DNA of 32,000 nucleotides, from NCBI GenBank assembly GCA_942493095.1, contig OW818675.1, positions 810,001-842,000 of the forward strand. The letters run 5' to 3'. The notes beneath the pieces were generated by a model. That model worked only from the letters and a program-made list of their open reading frames with translations. It did not search any database and was not told the origin of the DNA. Within the stretch, counting starts at the first letter, position 1; the number at the start of each line of letters is the position of its first letter. The translations under genes and the position numbers were made by a program. Origin of the DNA: Candidatus Electronema halotolerans (GTDB lineage: Bacteria; Desulfobacterota; Desulfobulbia; Desulfobulbales; Desulfobulbaceae). Below, piece after piece: positions 25,668-32,000 of this stretch.

Positions 25668-27328
25668 AACGGCAGCATTTTTTGCAGGCAGCACTTGCGG
25701 TTGTTGTTCTCTGTATTGCCGTGCTTGCCTGCACCCCGCCTTTCAGCCGGGATGCCCTGATTCACCACCTCCAAGTCCCCAAGCTCTATCTCCAGCACGG
25801 CGGCATGTACGAGATTCCTGAATTGAAATTCTCGTATTACCCCATGAATCTGGACCTGCTTTATTTATGGGCCTTATGGTTGGGCAGCGACATTCTGCCC
25901 AAATACATCCATGCAGCCTTTGCCTTGGCCACCGCCCTGCTGCTGCACTGGCATCTGCGCAGACGGCTGTCTGACAGCCACGCTTGGCTGGGTGCATTGT
26001 TTTTCCTCAGCATTCCTATCATTGTCAAGCTGTCGATCACCGTCTATGTTGATCTGGGCTTAGTTTTTTTCAGCACTGCCGCCCTGCTCCTGCTCTTCCG
26101 CTGGCTGGAGACAAAACGGCGGCGTGACCTGCTGCTGGCAGGCATCTGCTGCGGCTTGGGTATCGGCACCAAATACAACGGCCTGCTGGTGCTCTTTATT
26201 CTCACCTTCATGCTGCCGATTCTGTTCATCAGAACTCAGGAGAAAAAACAAGGGACTGCTCGTCCGGCAGTGAAAGCGACAGTGCTTTTCTGCTTTGCCG
26301 CCCTTTTCGCCGCTTCACCGTGGCTGATCAGGAATGCTGTCTGGACCGGCAATCCGCTCTATCCGCTCTATAACGGCTTCTTCAGCCGCATCAGCAGCGC
26401 GGTGTCGGAACAGCAGCAGGTTGATGCTGATGCAAACAACGAGGAAGCAGAGCAGGACAGCACGGTCAAGGGCGTGTTTGCCAGACGATATATTTTATAT
26501 CGGGAAAACATCTGGCAGTTGCTCCTATTGCCAGTACGGATTTTTATCGAGGGACAAGATGGCGATCCCCGCTATTTTGACGGCAGGCTCAATCCTTTTC
26601 TCTTGCTGCTGGCCCTGCTGGCCTTTATTGGTCCGGCAAACCGGCAGGTGCGGCTTGAACAAATCGCTTTGGTCGCTTTCAGCCTGTTTTATTTCCTCTT
26701 TGCCTTCAACACTGGGGTGCTGCGCATCCGCTACTTAGTGCCAATGGTGCCGTGTTTGGTGATTCTCTCTATGCACGGCCTGCGCAATCTGGAGCTGCAG
26801 GCAGAGCGTCATCTGCACTGGCCCCGTCTGCTGACCGCAGTCTGGCTGGTGCCGGTGAGCCTGCTGCTGGCATGGAATGGCAGCTACATCTGGCAGCAGT
26901 TTCAAGAGGTTGATCCTCTCAGTTACATCACAGGCCGTGTGAGCCGGGATGAATACCTGAGCAAAAAACTGCCTGAATATCCGGTCATGCAGTATGCCAA
27001 CCAGAATCTGCCTGCTTCGGCAAAGGTTCTCTGCATTTTTACGGGCAGGCGGGGATATTATTTGGACAGGCCCCAATCTTTTGAAGATTACGGCAACAAA
27101 AACGGTCTGCTGGCTTGGCTGAACAAATCAGGGATGACAGCGGAAGAAATCGGCCAGCGGCTGGCAAAAAAAGGCATCAGCTATCTGCTCATTCGGCGGG
27201 ACTTGCTCTATCAGCAGCTTAACCGGGCAAGCGGCAGCACCCAGCAGCTCTGGCTGGAACTGGAGCGGCAGCATCTGCGACCGCTCTTCTCCAATCGTGA
27301 ATACAGCCTTTATCAGGCAGTTTTCTGA
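25664..27328 (+). CDS. GT39/ArnT-like polytopic glycosyltransferase
   Basis: 554 aa; PFSRDALIHHLQVPKLYLQHGGMYEIP...YPMNLDLLYLW and many TM segments. ATGA overlap with the VKOR-DsbA gene. Confidence 0.8.
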   Translation: MKRQHFLQAALAVVVLCIAVLACTPPFSRDALIHHLQVPKLYLQHGGMYEIPELKFSYYPMNLDLLYLWALWLGSDILPKYIHAAFALATALLLHWHLRRRLSDSHAWLGALFFLSIPIIVKLSITVYVDLGLVFFSTAALLLLFRWLETKRRRDLLLAGICCGLGIGTKYNGLLVLFILTFMLPILFIRTQEKKQGTARPAVKATVLFCFAALFAASPWLIRNAVWTGNPLYPLYNGFFSRISSAVSEQQQVDADANNEEAEQDSTVKGVFARRYILYRENIWQLLLLPVRIFIEGQDGDPRYFDGRLNPFLLLLALLAFIGPANRQVRLEQIALVAFSLFYFLFAFNTGVLRIRYLVPMVPCLVILSMHGLRNLELQAERHLHWPRLLTAVWLVPVSLLLAWNGSYIWQQFQEVDPLSYITGRVSRDEYLSKKLPEYPVMQYANQNLPASAKVLCIFTGRRGYYLDRPQSFEDYGNKNGLLAWLNKSGMTAEEIGQRLAKKGISYLLIRRDLLYQQLNRASGSTQQLWLELERQHLRPLFSNREYSLYQAVF

Positions 27329-27939
27329 GTGACCGGTTCCTTGTCCCGGAACCGCTTCTCGGTGCCGTTCAGCAGTCGCCGGATATTCTGCTGATGCTTG
27401 AACCAGATCAGCAGGACAACATACGCGGCCAGCCATAGTTTCCAGCTTGCTTCGCCAAAAAAATATAAACCGGGCAGCATCGCAGCGGAAGCCAAGAGCG
27501 AACCGAGCGAAACAAAGCCAGTGGCCGCAACTGTCAGCATAAAGACAAGCAGGCTGATCAGCAGTGCTTTGGGGGAAAGGGCGAGAAAGACTCCCAGCGC
27601 GGTTGCCACGCCCTTGCCGCCCTTGAAACGCAGGAAAACCGAAAAACTATGGCCAGTCACAGCCGCTGCCCCGCACAGGGCGGTGGTCAGATTACGGCTG
27701 GGATCATCGCCAAGCAGCAGCCCGGCAGCAATGACCGGCAGCCAACCCTTGGCTGCGTCCAAAAGCAAGGTGAGCAGGCCGATTTTCTTGCCCACCAAGC
27801 GGGAAACATTCGTTGCGCCGATATTGCCGCTGCCATGCTGGCGGATATCAATGCCGCTGCTTCGTGACAGGAGCAGGCCAAAAGGAATTGAGCCGATCAG
27901 ATAGGCTGCGGCAGGCAGCAGGATGTAAAGACTGTTCAT
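27313..27939 (-). CDS. plsY: Glycerol-3-phosphate acyltransferase PlsY
   Basis: 208 aa; YLIGSIPFGLLLSRSSGIDIRQHGSGNIGATNVSRLVGKK...GHSFSVFLRFKGGKGVATALG. Confidence 0.96.
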   Translation of the reverse strand: MNSLYILLPAAAYLIGSIPFGLLLSRSSGIDIRQHGSGNIGATNVSRLVGKKIGLLTLLLDAAKGWLPVIAAGLLLGDDPSRNLTTALCGAAAVTGHSFSVFLRFKGGKGVATALGVFLALSPKALLISLLVFMLTVAATGFVSLGSLLASAAMLPGLYFFGEASWKLWLAAYVVLLIWFKHQQNIRRLLNGTEKRFRDKEPVTQKTA

Positions 27940-27945
27940 CAGGTC

Positions 27946-29064
27946 TCAGGCAAGATGCTCCAGCAGAATGCGCAGCATCCGGCGCAGCGGTTCTGCCGCG
28001 CCCCAGAGGAGCTGATCGCCGACCGTGAAGGCACTCAGATACTGCGGGCCAAGATTCATTTTCCGCACTCGGCCCACTGGCACTGCCAAGGTGCCGCTGA
28101 CCTTGGCCGGACTCAGTTCGCGCAGAGTCTCTTCCTTGGTATTGGGAATGAAGCGCACCCAGTCATTGTGCCCGGCAATGGCCGCCTCAATCTCGGCCAG
28201 CGGGATGTCCTGCGTCAGCTTGATCGTAAAGGCTTGACTGTGGCAGCGCATTGACCCCACCCGGACACAGCAGCCGTCAATCGGAATCAAATTGCTTTCG
28301 TCCCGGCCCAAAATTTTGTTTGTCTCAGTAATGCCTTTCCACTCCTCGCGGGTCTGGCCGTTATCCATAGCCTTGTCAATCCACGGAATCAGGCTGGCAG
28401 CCAAGGGTGCGCCAAAATTCTGCGTCGGAAAGGCCGGATTGCGGAGCGAGGCGGTCACGTTGCGGTCAATATCAAGAATATTGGCTTTTTCATCAAGCAG
28501 AATCTGACAGTTCTCGCCAATCAGCCGCATCTGATTAACTAATTCCAGCATGTTCTTGGCTCCGGCCCCGGAAGCGGCCTGATAGGTCTGCGAAGTGATC
28601 CACTCCACCCAGCCTTTCTCAAACAGCCCACCCAAAGCCATCAGCATCAAAGAAACTGTGCAGTTGCCGCCGATATAGTCCCTGATGCCCTTGGCCAGAG
28701 CCTTGTCAATCACGGCCCGATTGACCGGGTCAAGAATGATGACCGCATCTTTTTCCAAGCGCAGGGCCGAGGCGGCATCAATCCAATAGCCCTGCCAGCC
28801 AGCTTGGCGCAGCTTGGGATGCACTTCTTTGGTGTAATCCCCGCCCTGACAGGAGACGATGATGTCCAATTCCTTGAGCCGGGCCACGTCAAAGGCATCA
28901 AGCAGCTCATAGCTTGTGCCGTCAATCTCCGGCCCGGTCTGCCCGGCTTGCGAGGTGGAAAAGAAGCATGGCTCAAAGTGCTGAAAATCATTTTCCTCGC
29001 GCATCCGCTCCATGAGCACAGAGCCGACCATGCCCCGCCAGCCAATGATGCCTGTCTTTTTCAT
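27946..29064 (-). CDS. asd: Aspartate-semialdehyde dehydrogenase
   Basis: 372 aa; [23 protein letters not shown]...[20 protein letters not shown]...[17 protein letters not shown]. Confidence 0.96.
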   Translation of the reverse strand: MKKTGIIGWRGMVGSVLMERMREENDFQHFEPCFFSTSQAGQTGPEIDGTSYELLDAFDVARLKELDIIVSCQGGDYTKEVHPKLRQAGWQGYWIDAASALRLEKDAVIILDPVNRAVIDKALAKGIRDYIGGNCTVSLMLMALGGLFEKGWVEWITSQTYQAASGAGAKNMLELVNQMRLIGENCQILLDEKANILDIDRNVTASLRNPAFPTQNFGAPLAASLIPWIDKAMDNGQTREEWKGITETNKILGRDESNLIPIDGCCVRVGSMRCHSQAFTIKLTQDIPLAEIEAAIAGHNDWVRFIPNTKEETLRELSPAKVSGTLAVPVGRVRKMNLGPQYLSAFTVGDQLLWGAAEPLRRMLRILLEHLA

Positions 29065-29090
29065 GATAATTTGAAAGAGTTTTTGTGGAA

Positions 29091-31345
<2,255 letters not shown>

Positions 31346-31360
31346 TCAGCTATGCTTGAA

Positions 31361-31390
31361 AAGGCCCTCCCTTTATTGGCAAGGGAGGGC
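31361..31390 (-). terminator. Intrinsic terminator of the GGGtGRT gene
   Basis: GCCCTCCCTT/AAGGGAGGGC 10-bp stem (31364-31373 / 31381-31390). On the minus strand it is followed by CTTTTC. Confidence 0.7.
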
Positions 31391-31409
31391 AGGTTTCTTA
31401 CAAGCAGCA

Positions 31410-32000
31410 CTATCCTGCCGCCTGCTGCAAGGCCACGGCCACAGCTACAGAAGCCCCAACCATCGGGTTGTTGCCCATGCCGATGAAGCCCATCATTTCG
31501 ACATGCGCAGGCACGGAGGAAGAACCGGCAAACTGCGCGTCGCCGTGCATCCGGCCCATTGTGTCGGTCAGGCCGTAAGAGGCTGGCCCGGCAGCCATGT
31601 TGTCCGGGTGCAGGGTCCGGCCTGTGCCGCCGCCCGAAGCCACGGAAAAATACTTCTTGCCCAGCTCAACGCACTCCTTCTTATACGTGCCTGCCACTGG
31701 ATGCTGGAAGCGGGTGGGATTAGTCGAGTTGCCAGTGATCGACACATCCACGCCTTCAAGATGATTGATGGCCACGCCTTCGCGCACGTCATCCGCACCA
31801 TAGCAGCGCACCTTGGCCCGCTCACCATCGGAAAAAGGCTTCTCCAGCACCACGTTCAGCTTGCTGGCCGCATAGTCAAACTGCGTCTTCACGTATGTGA
31901 AGCCGTTGATCCGCGAGATGATGTAGGCCGCATCTTTGCCCAGACCATTGAGAATCACCCGCAGCGGCTCAGTTCGCACCCAGTTGGCAGACTTGGCAAT
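31410..32000 (-). CDS. GGGtGRT family protein (partial, runs off right edge)
   Basis: SVASGGGTGRTLHPDNMAAGPASYGLTDTMGRMHGDAQFAGSSSVPAHVEMMGFIGMGNNPMVG matches the family-defining motif. The M at 31979 is probably internal. Confidence 0.85.
   Translation of the reverse strand: MAKSANWVRTEPLRVILNGLGKDAAYIISRINGFTYVKTQFDYAASKLNVVLEKPFSDGERAKVRCYGADDVREGVAINHLEGVDVSITGNSTNPTRFQHPVAGTYKKECVELGKKYFSVASGGGTGRTLHPDNMAAGPASYGLTDTMGRMHGDAQFAGSSSVPAHVEMMGFIGMGNNPMVGASVAVAVALQQAAG

Overview
This 32 kb window looks like a chromosomal segment from a deltaproteobacterium-like anaerobe; that taxonomy is inferred from protein flavour only. Main blocks: (1) A minus-strand complex I operon, nuoA - fused nuoB/C - [insert] - nuoD. 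The ~1.9 kb insert carries a HEPN/MNT pair, the ribosome-rescue gene arfB and a TumE-like toxin-antitoxin pair. The HEPN/MNT cassette is bracketed by a perfect 51-bp direct repeat that is exactly the last 17 codons of nuoBC, stop included. (2) A plus-strand run of M48/TPR protease - NikR-like regulator - PPC/DUF296 protein - UbiD-type decarboxylase. (3) A pilin locus ordered pilin1 - TMTC/TPR-like GT-C membrane protein 1 - paralogue 2 - pilin2. Both pilins have sigma-54 (-24/-12) promoter matches. Twin palindromes GACAAAAATTGTC lie upstream of pilin1, and a strong terminator hairpin abuts the ATG of the first GT-C gene. (4) A ~12.7 kb glycan-type cluster: DUF354, asparagine synthase, alpha/alpha-barrel-like protein, methyltransferases, bi-domain oxidoreductase, GT4, flippase-like protein, VKOR-DsbA fusion, GT39-like protein. 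It contains an AT-rich core. (5) Minus-strand housekeeping genes plsY, asd, prs, leuB and a partial GGGtGRT-family gene. The strongest candidates for undescribed biology are the pilin/TMTC-like quartet, as a possible pilin O-glycosylation system, and the minimal HEPN/MNT cassette that precisely regenerates the 3' end of nuoBC. No tRNA, rRNA, CRISPR array or transposase was recognised.
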